This document shows, in pieces, positions 62,803 through 64,000 of a DNA stretch of 64,000 bases. Position 1 is the stretch's first letter; each line of letters starts with the position of its first letter. Source of the stretch: Tubiluchus corallicola (lineage: Eukaryota; Animalia; Priapulida); NCBI GenBank assembly GCA_030141605.1, contig JAQGDQ010000099.1, forward strand, positions 327,194 through 391,193. The letters are read 5' to 3'. The notes below the pieces were generated by a model. The model did not search any database. It had not been told where the DNA came from and saw nothing but the letters and a program-made list of their open reading frames with translations. Position numbers and translations under genes: made by a program.

Positions 62803-64000
62803 GTTTGTTACTGTTTTTGATTCGTGCAATCACTGTTATTTGAACTGATTGTATTTTAACTCATTGATGGTATGTGGTAGGATGTATTTTTATAATTAAA
62901 TGTGGAGTATTTGAATGTGGTTGTGGTTGTAGAGCATGCCGGAATATTACACTGGTCAAGGTCCTGCAGACAAGGGCTTGAAAGTGACCAAATGATTGTT
63001 GTGTGATACTCTCTGTAAGGGGAGTGTCTTGAAATCCTAATCAACGACCATTTATCAATGGTCCAGCAATAATGCAAAAACGAGGTGGAGCATACGAGCT
63101 TGAGAAATGTAGGAGTAACCCTTTCTGGTGTGAGGAAGGCTGCTTTTTTTCACTGAAAAGAGTTGCTCAGACATTTTTTTCATTTTATTGCCGCATCTGG
63201 GTAATTTTACTGACGAGACATTCTCAATTGTTTCTGTATAAGGCTTTGTGTGTTTGATATATTTGATGATGATGATGATTGAGATGTAAAATTCTAAGTA
63301 TTAGCTCACTAATGGCTTTGTTTTACTAATCAGAACTGCTTCATCAAATTGCGTTTAGTTGAAGTTATTCTGCTACATTTGTGCTTCATTTCGTTTTGCT
63401 AAGTTGAATTGAATTAAAGTGAATGTCTTAAATGGTGGAAAGAGGAAACATTAAGCTAATAAAGCTAATCTGAATCTGAAAGTCAGGTAATCACTGTCTA
63501 TAGTCAGTCTATATACAACACTGTTTTTATAAGTTAGTCACTCACTCAGTCAATCAGTAGCTAGTAAAAGTAAACAGTGTAGCTAAAAACCAGGAATGTA
63601 AATTGCTGTTAACCAAGAGAATTCGAAAAAGTAACAAATTTTCAACTTTTACCATATGAACAATAATTATTCATTCAGACTATTACACAAAACATCTTTC
63701 AATAATAAATTATGGTGAAGCCTTTTGGCAAAACGAAGAAGCCGTTGAAGAGGTCAGTGGGGTAACTTCCTGTCAGCCTTTCTGAGCTGCAAAGATGTTG
63801 CACACGTGTTGCCGCTGGCAGGAAGTCGTGTGTAAATCATCGTGTTCACGCGCCAAAAATAGTTACTTGCAGAAACCAACGCTTGTCAGTTTCATGGGGC
63901 AGACTCATGCGCAGGGATGCGGCGCCACGAAAACCCAGCGCCGTGGCGGAGCTAGGAACAAGCTGTAATTGCCCTGTTTATGAAATCACGCACTGCTTAG

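Overview
AT-rich, intron-rich animal (invertebrate-type) genomic DNA, not prokaryotic. All exon models were translated and phase-checked by hand. (1) + strand, ~2.0-23.7 kb: 19 coding exons of a protein kinase N (PKN/PRK) gene, about 905 codons in the window (HR1b, HR1c, C2-like domain, Pro-rich linker, AGC kinase, PIF-type tail ...FASFDYMADWC*); the N-terminal HR1a exons lie upstream of the window. (2) + strand from 50648: the first two coding exons of an Shc adaptor (PTB domain start), with a 107-aa N-terminal extension and several candidate 5' UTR exons and promoters at 41.8-50.3 kb. (3) The 25-44 kb interval holds LINE (CR1/L2) and gypsy-gag relics, tRNA-like SINEs, microsatellites and a possible unannotated minus-strand spliced transcript converging on the PKN 3' end. 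Several MITE families recur throughout. Most notable: a hidden 39-nt duplicated PKN microexon (DALASFDFLLEDL) with a phase-compatible candidate terminal exon that would give a kinase-less PKN; a GC-AG intron whose 5-nt-shifted GT-AG alternative encodes the same peptide; a bidirectional poly(A) junction around a 22-bp palindrome; and the PKN-Shc neighbourhood, which mirrors their paralog co-location on human chromosomes 1, 9 and 19.
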